A stretch of DNA of 64,000 nt from Macrostomum hystrix. Taxonomy: Eukaryota; Animalia; Platyhelminthes. The stretch lies in NCBI GenBank assembly GCA_950097015.1, contig CATNEN010000039.1, forward strand, positions 2,728,001-2,792,000. Direction: 5' to 3'. Within the stretch, counting starts at the first letter, position 1, and every line of letters starts with the position of its first letter. Shown piece by piece: positions 38,727 through 51,846 of this stretch. The position numbers were made by a program, and so were the translations under genes. The notes beneath the pieces are model-generated. The model saw only the letters and a list, made by a program, of their open reading frames with translations. It was not told the origin of the DNA and did no database searches.

Positions 38727-41700
38727 ATGGGCCGCAAAGACTATCGGCTGCAGCCGCAGCGGGGCCCTGGCCGCAAAGCCAGACGCCAGAAAGACCCGAA
38801 GCTGCCAGCTGGGCTGGAGGACGAGGCCTCCGACAACTCCAAAGGCGGCTCTGGTCCGCGCCAGCTCAGCAGTCGGCAGAAGCAGCGACTGAAGCGCCGG
38901 TCAGAGAAGCAAGCCGCCGCCGCCATTAAGAAGATGGAAAAGCAGAAAAAGCAAGTGGAAGCAAAGGGCACCGACCATGCTGGGTGAGTTTCTGTGCTCA
39001 AATGTTTTAGGTATTAACGCTGCCGCTCAAGCTAAATTAAATCATGAAGTACTGAAGTTTAATCCTGACGCTATGAATGAGATCCTGAAGTTTTTTGTTA
39101 TTCAGATCCTGAAGTTAATCATGAATGAGATCCTGAAGTTAATCATGAATGAGATCCTGAAGCTAATTATGATTGAGATCCTGAAGTTTTTTGTTATTCA
39201 GATCCTGAAGTTAATTATGATTGAGATCCTGAAGTTAATCATGAATGAGATCCCGAAGTTACTTATGAATGAGATCCTGAGGTTAATTATGAATGAGATC
39301 CTGAAATTAATCATGAATGAGATCCTGAAGCTAATTATGATTGAGATCCTGAAGTTTTTTGTTATTCAGATCCTGAAGTTAATTATGATTGAGATCCTGA
39401 AATTAATCATGAATGAGATCCTGAAGCTAATTATGATTGAGATCCTGAAGTTTTTTGTTATTCAGATCCTGAGGTTAATTATGAATGAGATCCTGAAGCT
39501 AATTATGATTGAGATCCTGAAGTTTTTTGTTATTCAGATCCTGAAGTTAATTATGATTGAGATCCTGAAGTTAATCATGAATGAGATCCTGAAGCTAATT
39601 ATGATTGAGATCCTGAAGTTTTTTGTTATTCAGATCCTGAAGTTAATTATGATTGAGATCCTGAAGTTAATCATGAATGAGATCCTGAAGCTAATTATGA
39701 TTGAGATCCTGAAGTTTTTTGTTATTCAGATCCTGAGGTTAATTATGAATGAGATCCTGAAGCTAATTATGATTGAGATCCTGAAGTTTTTTGTTATTCA
39801 GATCCTGAAGTTAATTATGATTGAGATCCTGAAGTTAATCATGAATGAGATCCTGAAGCTAATTATGATTGAGATCCTGAAGTTTTTTGTTATTCAGATC
39901 CTGAAGTTAATTATGATTGAGATCCTGAAGTTAATCATGAATGAGATCCTGAAGCTAATTATGATTGAGATCCTGATGTTAATTATGAATGAGATCCTGA
40001 AGTTAATTATGAATGAGATCCTGAGGTTAATTATGAATGAGATCCTGAAGTTAATAATTAGTTAAGCTAAGTAGCCCAGCGGTTAGAGCTTCGGAGTTTT
40101 GACCTATAGGTCGAGAGTTCGAATCTTGGCCCAGGCAGACGTTTCGTTTTCTCGAGCAACAGTTATTCCCCACTTTGCCTGCTCGCAGTCGACCTGTTCG
40201 TCAGCTGAAGTCGGGCGGCAAAGATAAAGAAGAGGAGGAACTGGAGGATCAGGAGGAGGACGTCGATAGTCTAGACGATCTAGCCGCCGAAGACGATGAT
40301 GACGGAGTCAACAGGAAGCGGCTGCGGCTAGATCTTGATGACGATGATGATGAAGACGCCGAAGGGGGTGACGGTGATGGGCGTGGCGGTCAGACCCTAC
40401 TGGAAGAAGAGGACGAAGACTATCTGAATGACGACTTTTCTGTTGAGTCAGACGAGGATGAGGACTCGGCTGAAAGCGAGGAAGACAAGGCGAAAGCGGA
40501 CGGCGAGGATGACGACGAAATGGGCGAGGGCGAGGAAGAGGCAAAAGCTGAGGTGGAGCAGGCAAGTTTTGGGGCTGGCTCGGCGCTTAACTTAGGGTAA
40601 AATCGGCGATCCACTGAGGGTTAAATTGAGGATCCACTGAGGGTTAAATTGAGGATCCACTGAGGGTTAAATTGAGGATCCACTGAGGGTTAAATTGAGG
40701 ATCCACTGAGGGTTAAATTGAGGATCCACTGTGGGTTAAATTGAGGATCCACTGAGGGTTAAATTGAGGATCCACTGAGGGTTAAATTGAGGATCCACTG
40801 AGGGTTAAATTGAGGATCCACTGAGGGTTAAATTGAGGATCCACTGAGGGTTAAATTGAGGATCCACTGAGGGTTAAATTGAGGATCCACTGAGGGTTAA
40901 ATTGAGGATCCACTGAAGGTTAAATTGAGGATCCACTGAGGGTTAAATTGAGGATCCACTGAGGGTTAAATTGAGGATCCACTGAGGGTTAAATTGAGGA
41001 TCCACTGAGGGCTAAATTGAGGATCCACTGAGGGTTAAATTGAGGATCCACTGAGGGCTAAATTGAGGATCCACTGAGGGTTAAATTGAGGATCCACTGA
41101 GGGTTGGATTGAGGATCCACTGAGGGTTAAATTGAGGATCCACTGAGGGCTAAATTGTGGATCCACTGAGGGCTAAATTGAGGATCCACTGAGGGTTAAA
41201 TTGAGGATCCACTGAGGGTTAAATTGAGGATCCACTGAGGGTTAAATTGAGGATCCACTGAGGGTTAAATTGAGGATCCACTGAAGGTTAAATTGAGGAT
41301 CCTTTGAGACTTAAATTTGCCATCTATGTTCGCCCATTTTGGCCCGAGTCCTATTTATTTTATGATTCTATAATTTTCACCTACAAACACCTGAAAATCG
41401 CAACAGGTCGAAGAGGACCGAGCGGCTCCCTCTGATCTCTCGGAGCTTGACGGCCGCATCGACGGCCTGCTTCAGTTGCTGGGCAGCGGCGGGGGCGACA
41501 AGAAATCCTCCGGTGGCGGAAAATTCTCCCGCGCCGACTGCCTGGACAGGCTTTGCCGCCTGCTGTGCATGCGCTTCTCCTACAATGCCTTTCTCATGCA
41601 ACGCCTGCTGGACCTGTACCCCAAGGACATCCTGGACTTCCTGCAATCTAACGAGGTCGACCGGCCGATGACTCTGCGCGTCAATGCGTTGAAAACTCGG

Positions 41701-44700
41701 CGCAAAGATCTGGCCCAGGCTTTGATTTCTCGCGGCGTCAATCTGGACCCCTTCGACAAGTGGTCCAAGGTCGGCCTGGTTGTGTACGACTCTCAGGTGC
41801 CTCTGGGAGCTACACCTGAGTACCTTGCTGGACACTACATGCTACAGGGCGCTGCCAGTATGCTGCCTGTGCTGGCGCTGGACCCGAAGTGAGTACCAAC
41901 GGCTGATGGACTGGGGGTGACAGCTGATGTGCTGAATGACTCTCAGGGGTGACAGCTGATGTGCTGAATGACTCTCAGGGGTGACAGCTGGTGTGCTGAA
42001 TGACTGTCAGTGGTGACAGCTGGTGTGCTGAATGACTCTCAGGGGTGACAGCTGGTGTGCTGAATGACTCTCAGGGGTGACAGCTGGTGTGCTGAATGAC
42101 TGTCAGGGGTGACAGCTGATGTGCTGAATGACTCTCAGTGGTGACAGCTGATGTGCTGAATGACTCTCAGGGGTGACAGCTGGTGTGCTGAATGACTGTC
42201 AGGGGTGACAGCTGATGTGCTGAATGACTCTCAGTGGTGACAGCTGATGTGCTGAATGACTCTCAGGGGTGACAGCTGGTGTGCTGAATGACTCTCCGGG
42301 GTGACAGCTGATGTGCTGAATGACACTCAGGGGTGACAGCTGATGTGCTGAATGACTCTCATGGGTGACAGCTGATGTGCTGAATGACTCTCAGGGGTGA
42401 CAGCTGATGTGCTGAATGACTCTCATGGGTGACAGCTGATGTGCTGAATGACTCTCAGGGGTGACAGCCGATGTGTTGAATGACTCTCAGTGGTGACAGC
42501 TGATGTGCTGAATGACTCTCAGGGGTGACAGCTGGTGTGCTGAATGACTCTCAGGGGTGACAGCCGATGTGCTGAATGACTCTCAGGGGTGACAGCTGAT
42601 GTGCTGAATGACTCTCAGGGGTGACAGCCGATGTGCTGAATGACTGTCAGGGGTGACAACTGATGTGCTGAATGTGAAATGTGAAACTGTATGAGCAATG
42701 CACTAAGTGCTCAACAGGGTGACATTGTATTGTGGTTGCTAAGTCGTTCGGCCTCGCCCAGGTTCGTGTGCTGGTGTGCTCAGGCTTCACCTGATATCGG
42801 CTTAAGTTCCTGGAAAGCTTTCTCACTCTCCTCTTGTCTTGCCTTCTGAATTTTTAGAGTTTCATATTTCTCACTTTGCTTCCTCTTTATCTTTCATCAG
42901 CTTTTAGTGTATGCTGATGAAAGAAAAAAAGCTGGTAGTGTCACGGGCAAAATAGCACGCTTTGTCTTTAATTTTAGACTCCATTTCATATTTTCTCTTA
43001 CCTTCGTCTGTTGTTTTGTTTAAGGTGTGCCGTCTGCTTTCAAAAATGCACAAAAGGCAGTGAGGGCACGACTTTGACCTGCTCACCTTAGACCCAATCC
43101 TGAACGGCTCACCTTAGACCCAATCCTGAACGGCTCACCTTAGACCCAATCCTGACTTACACACACTCCCTACAGACCCAGCCTTGACCTACTCACTCCC
43201 TACAGACCCAGCCTTGACCTACTCACTCCCTACAGACCCAGCCTTGACCTACACACTCCCTTCAGACCCAGCCTTGACCTACTCACTCCCTACAGACCCA
43301 GCCTTGACCTACTCACTCCCTACAGCCCTGCTCTACTCACTCCCTACAGACCCAGCCTTGACCTACTCACTCCCTACAGCCCTGCTCTACTCACTCCCTA
43401 CAGACCCAGCCTTGACCTACTCACTCCCTACAGACCCAGCCTTGACCTACTCACTCCCTTCAGACCCAGCCTTGACCTACTCACTCCCTACAGACCCAGC
43501 CTTGACCTACTCACTCCCTACAGCCCTGCTCTACTCACTCCCTACAGACCCAGCCTTGACCTACTCACTCCCTACAGCCCTGCTCTACTCACTCCCTACA
43601 GACCCAGCCTTGACCTACTCACTCCCTACAGACCCAGCCTTGACCTACTCACTCCCTTCAGACCCAGCCTTGACCTACTCACTCCCTACAGACCCAGCCT
43701 TGACCTACTCACTCCCTACAGCCCTGCTCTACTCACTCCCTACAGACCCAGCCTTGACCTACTCACTCCCTACAGCCCTGCTCTACTCACTCCCTACAGA
43801 CCCAGCCTTGACCTACTCACTCCCTTCAGACCCAGCCTTGACCTACTCACTCCCTTCAGACCCAGTCTTGACCTAATCACTCCCTACAAACCCAGTCTTG
43901 ACCTTCTCACTCGCTACAGACCCAGTCTTGACCTTCTCACTCCCTACAGACCCAGTCTTGACCTACTCACTCCCTACAGACCCAGCCTTGACCTACTCAC
44001 TCCCTTCAGACCCAGCCTTGACCTACTCACTCCCTACAGACCCAGCCTTGACCTACTCACTTGCCCGCAGGCCGCAGGAGAAGGTGTTGGACCTGTGCGC
44101 AGCTCCTGGCGGCAAGACCACCTACATAGCTGAGCTGATGCGCAACACTGGCCTAGTCATGGCCAACGAGGCCAATCGCGAGCGGGCCAAAGCCGTCGTT
44201 GGCAACGCGCACAGGCACGGCCTGAACAATATTGTTGTCTGCGTTGGAGACGGCAGGGAATTCCCGCGCACAATGCACAACTTCGACCGGGTGCTGGTTG
44301 ATGCGCCCTGCACTGGCACCGGCGTCATCGCCAAGGACCCCTCGGTGAAGGCCAGCAAGGAGGAGAAGGATGTGCTGAAGTGCAGCCACCTGCAGAAGCA
44401 GCTGTTATTGGCTGGTATCGATGCGGCCAAGGTGGGCGGCACGGTGGTCTATTGCACCTGCAGCGTGCTGGTAGACGAGAACGAAGCGGTTGTGGACTAC
44501 GCACTGCGCAAGCGCCGGGTTAAACTGTTGGAAACCAGCCTGCCTATCGGTGAGCCCGCATTCAGGGCCTTCCGCGACAAGAAATTCCACCCGAGCCTGG
44601 GCCTGGCCAAGCGCATCACGCCGCATCAGCACAATATGGACGGCTTCTTTGTGGCTAAGCTGGTCAAATCCGCAGCCAAGCCCGCTGCTGCTACTGTCAC

Positions 44701-44740
44701 CGCTACTCATAGTAGTGCAGTTGGCAACGGTGCCGAATAA
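38727..44740 (+). CDS. NOP2: NOP2/NSUN1 28S rRNA m5C methyltransferase
   Basis: Exons 38727-38983, 40189-40561, 41407-41888, 44071-44740. MGRK...GPGRKARRQ N-terminus, acidic region, RPMTLRVNALKTRRKDLAQALISRGVNLDP, GATPEYLAGHYMLQ, LDLCAAPGGKT, DRVLVDAPCTGTG, YCTCS, ENE.VV, PHQHNMDGFFVAKL. AATAAA at 44902. Confidence 0.95.
39073..40056. repeat. 24/27-bp minisatellite in NOP2 intron 1
   Basis: Unit atgaatgagatcctgaagttaatc with a ttttttgttattcag variant. Confidence 0.95.
40066..40136 (+). other. tRNA-like/SINE head in NOP2 intron 1
   Basis: tagcccagcggttagagc (A box) ... gagttcgaatct (B box). Confidence 0.5.
40607..41301. repeat. 23-bp minisatellite in NOP2 intron 2
   Basis: Unit gatccactgagggttaaattgag. 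Confidence 0.96.
41914..42675. repeat. 32-bp minisatellite in NOP2 intron 3
   Basis: Unit ggggtgacagctgatgtgctgaatgactctca. Confidence 0.96.
43080..44060. repeat. 26-bp x3 then 30/24-bp minisatellite abutting the NOP2 exon 4 acceptor
   Basis: Units gctcaccttagacccaatcctgaacg and cagccttgacctactcactccctacagacc. Confidence 0.95.
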
Positions 44741-45089
44741 TGGATTCTTCTGCGCATTTTCTACTTCCTAATGACCTGTGCAGAGCAGGTCACTTTGAAT
44801 CGGATCAGTTATGAATGGAAAATCATTTCTCGCAATCGTGCTATCCTTAAGTTGCCTCTCCTAATGGCGCTTTGAAATTATTTTCTGCGCTACCGTTGTC
44901 GAATAAAATTGGCATTTTCTTGAGAACTCGTCTGCCCTTTTGTTATTGGCTTCTTTCTGTTTGCTATGCTTTTAAGTTTAGATAAAATCGTAATAGGCAC
45001 TTTCAAACTGAACAACATTAGTCTCAGACTCTAATTCAGTCTAACAAGCATGAAAATCAACTTAATCCACTTTGTAAACCCATAATGAT

Positions 45090-45365
45090 ATTCCCTTAAA
45101 CCCACATCTAAACTGAGATTCCCTTAAACCCACATCTAAACTGAGATTCCCTTAAACCCACATCTAAACTGAGATTCCCTTAAACCCACATCTAAACTGA
45201 GATTCCCTTAAACCCACATCTAAACTGAGATTCTCTTAAACCCACATCTAAACTGAGATTCCCTTAAACCCACATCTAAACTGAGATTCCCTTAAACCCA
45301 CATCTAAACTGAGATTCCCTTAAACCCACATCTAAACTGAGATTCCCTTAAAGCCACATTTAAAC
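45090..45365. repeat. 28-bp minisatellite between NOP2 and ZMYND11
   Basis: Unit ttcccttaaacccacatctaaactgaga. Confidence 0.95.
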
Positions 45366-45575
45366 CCAATCTTAAATTTATTTGAACTGAACTAGCCCCA
45401 GTTTGAGCAGTCTTGAGCAGGTGTGTCAGGTGTGTGCAATTCGGCCCAAATGTTTTCAGCCGAGTCGCAACCCGCCTTCCAAGCCAGACGAGGCCAACTC
45501 CACCTGACAGACTAGGATCTTTAGTTTAGCAAGTAAATTCTGAGTCAGTCCGCGCCAGCTCAGAGCTCCGCCATC

Positions 45576-48500
45576 ATGGTGAGAACAGTCGTACGCAGGG
45601 CCTGCGACCCAGTTGTGGTGCAGAAGATTTGGAACATGGTTGAGTACAACCGGGTCAACAAGCAGGCTACCACCACAGACCGCGTCACTCGCGCCGTGAT
45701 GAAGGATCTGTCAACCTCCGAGACCGAGGCCGTCAAGCACATCGATGACGCCCTCTCCGACGGCCTGTTGGAGCGCTATTCTTGGACCGTTGCCAAGGGT
45801 AACCGGGCCGGCGAGTCCATGGAAGGCCTTCGCATTCCTGAATTCAAAGAGCCCATCGATAAGCGCTTCGAGCACGATTGGTACTGCTTCAGGTGTCACA
45901 AGCCGGGCGAGGTGCTGGAGTGTTCCGAGTGCTTCCGTGTCTGGCACCTGGCCTGCCTGCCAGGCAAGGTCGCCCCGCCCGAAGGTATCTTCCTCTGCCC
46001 CACCTGCGTGATGAACTCCAAGGCCGAGTACAAGCGGAAGCAGATTCGCAAACTGCTAGAGTTCGCCACTCACCGACTCAAGGGCAAGCCGCTATGGAAA
46101 GATCTGGGACGCATTGGCTACCTGGACGACCAGGGCCGCAACGACTACCTGCTCTTCAAGTACCTTGATCTCAATGTTATTTCTAGGAAGATTAAGGACG
46201 GCAGATACAGGTGACACTGCTCGAGACCTTTACCTGTCTGTCTTTTCCTGCCAGACCTGTCCGGTTCTACCTGTCTGTCCCTGCTAGACCTGTCCAGTTC
46301 TGCCTGTCTGTCCCTTTTAGATGTGTCTGATTCTACCTGTCTGCTCCCATAGACCTGTCTGCTATCATAGACCTGTCTGCTCCCATAGACCTGTCTGCTC
46401 CCATAGACCTGTCTGCTATCATAGACCTGTCTGCTCCCATAGACCTGTCTGCTCCCATAGACCTGTCTGCTCCCATAGACCTGTCTGCTCCCATAGACCT
46501 GTCTGCTCCCATAGACCTGTCTGCTCCCATAGACCTGTCTGCTCCCATAGACCTGTCTGCTCCCATAGACCTGTCTGCTCCCATAGACCTGTCTGCTATC
46601 ATAGACCTGTCTGCTATCATAGACCTGTCTGCTCCCATAGACCTGTCTGGCCCTGTTAGACATGTTCAATCCCAACAGTCTCTCATTTTAGTCAACTCTC
46701 TTGCGAGTAGGCTTGTCCGTAAAGTGCAGTCTCAAAAAAACCCTTGGCAGGTCGCTGGAATCCTTCCTGGTGGACGTGAACACCCTACTCCACGATGTGT
46801 GCGTGATGTACGGCGACCTGAGCAACATGGCCGACCTGGCCCGGGTGCTGCTGCGCGAAATCGAAGTTGAAATATACGAAATTCGCCTGTGCACCAATTG
46901 CTACATTAACGCTAAGGCCAGGCCTTCCGAATGGATTAGCAAGCCTTGCCGGCCTGCACATGAGCTGGTCTGGGCCAAGCTCAAGGGTTTCCCGTTCTGG
47001 CCAGCCAAGGTGCTGGAAGAGAAGGACACCACTTATGAGGTTCGTCTGGCGCCATCAAATTCGTTAAAACTCACATTTAGACAAGCAACCGTTCGGAATA
47101 CCAATTTAACAGTAGAAAAACCAGGGCTAAAATGTTCCGCTCTATCCGATGAGACAACTTCCTGAATCATCGAAAGCATCGGCATCGTTAAGATATTCAA
47201 GGATTCTATTCGGCTATCAGTGTTGACTTTTTGGGGTTGATTAAATTGTTAATGTTTTCATTTTGAACCAATATGGATTCGCCGAAGAGGTTTTTACGGA
47301 GCAATGAATATCTCAACAGTGCGGACTCGGACGGCTTTGAAAGTTTGTTCATTGTATACCCGCTAAAAAATAGGGATGTTTCTTTGGGTGATTCCAGTTG
47401 GAATCTGCGGTGTTTCCAGAAAAAGAAACAGCCGAAAGCTGGAAACATACCAATCGAATGATTCCATGCTTAGTATCTATCCAACTGGGCGGTTTCTCGG
47501 TGCTTCTTGGTGGCGAAATGGAATCACCCAACGATCCTCCAGTTCGGAAGATTCCATGCTCAGAAACCGCCGAGGAATCGCCCGTAAATAAGTCTCTGGT
47601 TGTCCCATGGGCCACTGTTTCGGGTGATTCTTCGGCGGTTTCCGCACAATTTACGGTTACATCGGCTGCTTCCTGGGTGGTTTCTTTAACTTTTGCGAGA
47701 TAGCGGGGATTTTGGTAGATTCCACTCCTATTTTGCACAAAAAACCCGCCGAAGAAGCAGCCGAATTTTTTACAGGGTAGGGCGTTAAATTTTGAGCCAA
47801 ATGGTGGACTTTCACGAAAATCGGTCATTCGGTTTGGGAGCTGTCGTGAAGTAGGCTGCGTGGTCTTTCTACTGCACTCAAGCCTGCTAATGGACCCTTA
47901 CCTAAAGCTCTCTGCTTTCATCTCCCCTCCAGGTCCGCTTCTTTGGCAGCTATCACGAGCGCGCCGCGGTCACCAAGGAGAGCACCCGGCCCTACGACAT
48001 CCCGCCAGAGGAGCTGGGCGTCCGGCGCACCCCGGCTTTCCAACGAGCGCTCAACGAAGTGCAGAAACTGCAGAAGCTAGTCGGCGAAGGCTACTACACT
48101 AGCAGCAGCGGCGACTCCGACATGCCGCCCAGCGATGATGATTGGTCCGACGAATTGTACATGATGCGAACCGGCGGCGGTGCTGCCGGAAACTCGTCAG
48201 CTGCCAGAAAGCGTCGGCCTTCGTCGGCAGCTGGCGTCGAAGGGGCCGCTGGCTCGGCCAAGAAGCCGGCCCTGGCAGCGGCGGCCGCTGGCGTCTCACC
48301 GTCTCGCCGGCCACCGTCTGGAGCGTCGGCCAAGTCGGCTAAGAAGAAAAAGAAGCCGGTTTCAAAGCGTCGTAGGGCGGCTTCGGGCACATCGGAGTCT
48401 GACGTCGTCGACTCCGAGGAGGACGAAGACGACATGGACGACGAAGACGATGCTTCGATGGGCAACAGAGCTCCGGTCGCCTCGGCGGCTGCAGCTGCGG

Positions 48501-50585
48501 CCAAGGACGAGGCGGTGTCGGACGCCGATTCTGAATCGTCGGAGTCTCGCGACGAATGGCGCATCCGGGTGGGCCTGAGCCCGGCCGGCAGCGGCAAGAG
48601 CGGCAGCGGCAAGTCCGCTCGGAAGAAGCCCGCCGCGGCGTCGGCTTCGACATCTAAGAAGCCAGCCGCGGCGTTAAAGTCGTCCAGCTCGACTGTGTCT
48701 AATCGACGCTCCGCTCCGGCATCAGCGGCAGCTTCTTCGAAGCTTCGTCGCAGCGGCGGCGGCGGAGTCGTGGCCACTGGCGGTGTCGGCGCCGCCATCA
48801 TGGCGTCGCCTCCGGCTGCTGTGGCATCGGCGACTGCTTCAGCCGTGGCAGCCGGCAGCTCGCGTTCTCGTCAGCAATCCGCCCAGGCTGCTCTCGCATC
48901 TGTCAAGCAGAGTGGCAAGCAGCAGAAGAAGCCGACTGCTCAGCCGGCGCAGCAAAAGAAGCAGCAGCAGCAGCAGCAGAGGCTGCGCAAGCGATCGGAT
49001 CTGAGCAGCACCGACTCCAGCGCCAGCTCCTCGCCTGGCTCAACCTGCGCCGTCACCTCCAGCATTGTAGAGCCGCGGCAGCACCAGCAGCACCACCCAG
49101 CATCCGGCCAGCCTCAGGCGCAGCACAGCCAGCAACAGGCAGCCCAGCACCATCACCAGCAGCATCACGCTGTAGCTGCCGCAGCGGCTTCATCAGGTGC
49201 AGCAGCTGGTCTGGCTTCGCACACCCCCAGTCCGGTCAAGATGGTGCACAGGTTAGTTTTTTGCTAATGCGTTTCATCTGCTTGAGAATTGACTGGTTCA
49301 GAAGGGAATCCATTACGCCATAAGCGATTGATTTCTGCTAAAACATATTCTTAAAGTGACTATCTTTAGTGACTTAGATATGGTCAACGGTGATTCAGAA
49401 TCATGATCATTTCAGTGAGTCATAGATATAGAACCATGATCATTTCAGTGAGTCATAGATATAGAACCATGATCATTTCAGTGAGTCATAGATATAGAAC
49501 CATGATCATTTCAGTGAGTCATATATATAGAACCATGATCATTTCAGTGATTCATATATATAGAACCATGATCATTTCAGTGAGTCATAGATTTAGAACC
49601 ATGATCATTTCAGTGAGTCATAGATATCGAACCATGATCATTTCAGTGAGTCATAGATTTAGGACCATGATCATTTCAGTGAGTCATAGATATAGAACCA
49701 TGATCATTTTAGTGAGTCATAGATTTAGAACCATGATCATTTTAGTGAGTCATATATATATAGAACCATGATCATTTCAGTGAGTCATAGATATAGAACC
49801 ATGATCATTTCAGTGAGTCATATTTATAGAACCATGATCATTTCAGTGAGTCATAGATATAGAACCATGATCATTTCAGTGAGTCATAGATATAGAACCA
49901 TGATCATTTCAGTGAGTCATAGATTTAGAACCATGATCATTTCAGTGAGTCATAGATATAGAACCATGATCATTTTAGTGAGTCATAGATTTAGAACCAT
50001 GATCATTTTAGTGAGTCATATATATATAGAACCATGATCATTTCAGTGAGTCATAGATATAGAACCATGATCATTTCAGTGAGTCATATATATAGAACCA
50101 TGATCATTTTAGTGAGTCATAGATATAGAACCATGATCATTTCAGTGAGTCATAGATATGGCCATCAGTAATCTAGTCACTCATGAACTTTTTTAAACAC
50201 GTGGCATTTCCCCTCACCTGGGTGGGTGCTCAGGTCGGTGCAGGTGTGCACCTTGGATCCCAGCGTGTTCGAGGAGTCGCTGGCCGCCGAGCGCAAGAAG
50301 CTTGAAGAGGCCGTGTCAGCCGCCCGCCTGCAGGCCGAGGCGCAGACTAAAGCGGAGCTGGACAAGTCCGAGGCCGACCTGCGGGGCGAGTTCCAGCGCG
50401 AGCTGGAGAACATCATGCACCAGCATCGCGAGGCCATCGCCAACACGAAGCGCAGGCAGTGGTGCTACAACTGCCTGGAGGAGGCCATGTACCACTGCTG
50501 CTGGAACACTTCCTACTGCAGCATCAAATGCCAGCAGGATCATTGGCACAAGGAGCACAAGCGGGTTTGTCGGAGAAAGCGTTAA
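45576..50585 (+). CDS. ZMYND11: ZMYND11/BS69 chromatin reader (winged helix-PHD-bromo-PWWP-MYND)
   Basis: Exons 45576-46210, 46751-47039, 47933-49251, 50234-50585. [28 protein letters not shown] (PHD), [18 protein letters not shown]...VRFFG (PWWP), C-terminal [41 protein letters not shown] (ZMYND11-type MYND). Confidence 0.95.
46336..46648. repeat. 18-bp minisatellite in ZMYND11 intron 1
   Basis: Unit cctgtctgctcccataga. Confidence 0.95.
49398..50158. repeat. 33-bp minisatellite in ZMYND11 intron 3
   Basis: Unit agaaccatgatcatttcagtgagtcatagatat. Confidence 0.96.
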
Positions 50586-51579
50586 TTCGCAGCCCTGGGG
50601 GTTCGCCAGGAATGCCTGTGTCGCTAGTTTTCACTTCATTTTTTTGTTGTTTTCAAATTTCAGTTTTTGCTCCTGTTAGTTGTTTAATATCCGCTTGGAA
50701 ACCATGGATGCGACACCAACACTGAATCAGTTTTGCTTTTTTATTCATTATCGATTTTTTTATTCGGCACTTTTATTTATTCCTATCTCAATCGCACGCC
50801 GGCCTTTTTAGCACCTGTACAAAACATGCTCTTGCATATGCGATTCATTTATACACATATTATTGTCAGAAATATAGAATGCTATAAATGCCTCTAGAAT
50901 CTTTGCTGTTTTGTTTTTTATTGTGGTCATTTTTTAGTTAGTACTATTTAAGTTTATTTGGATGATTGAGCTGTCAAAGTGACAGGCTGGTTGATTCTGC
51001 ATAGGCATGTATCAAGTTGTCATAGAATTAGTTTTTTGTTCAATCAGCTTATAAATTCGTTTTTTGTTAAATTAAAATCCCAGACTATTGTGTCTGCCGC
51101 CCCTCTATTCATTGTTTTGCTTTGCTTTGCTGAACTGTTTTGAACTGCGCTTCGAATCGAGCCGCTTTTTCGGAATTAAATTTTTTATTTAGATTTTCTT
51201 TGTTAGATTTCCGTCTGTCCGCCTGTTGTGCTCTCTTGACTGTCGTTAATGCTAATAATTTAGTAGCTGTTATTATTTTATTGTTACTGTCGCGTACAAT
51301 ATATAATTTTCCTCTGGCAGCTTTTTCTGCTTGTTTTCCTCTTCTTTTAATTCCGATAGCAACCCCAGCTTTACCTGCGTCTGCACGGCTATGTGTGCTC
51401 CACCGACTGACTCCATTTTGTCATGTTTATTGCTTGTGCACCGCTTTTTTAACTGCCAGCCGCTATTCACTTTATGGCGTGAAATCACAATTTTGCCTGA
51501 TTTTAATCTGTTCTGTCTTTTCTTCTTTTCCAAAGCCTGGCCCCTTTGCCTGTCAAACTGTCTGCTCACCTGTCCACTA

Positions 51580-51846
51580 GCCTGTCCCCTGATCAGCTTA
51601 CCTGTCTCCTGATCAGCTTACCTGTCTCCTGATCAGCTTACCTGTCTCCTGATCAGCTTACCTGTCTCCTGATCAGCTTACCTGTCTCCTGATCAGCTTA
51701 CCTGTCTCCTGATCAGCTTACCTGTCTCCTGATCAGCTTACCTGTCCCCTGATCAGCTTACCTGTCCCCTGATCAGCTTACCTGTCACCTGATCAGCTTA
51801 CCTGTCTCCTGATCAGCTTACCTGTCACCTGATCAACTTACCTGTC
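51580..51846. repeat. 20-bp minisatellite
   Basis: Unit cctgtctcctgatcagctta. Confidence 0.95.

Noticed and set aside
38977-40065. 362-aa ORF (MNEILKLI)n
   Set aside because: Lies within NOP2 intron 1 and is a 24/27-bp satellite.
43184-44070. (TYSLPTDPAL)n N-terminal extension of the NOP2 catalytic exon
   Set aside because: Intronic repeat; homology resumes exactly at the acceptor at 44070.
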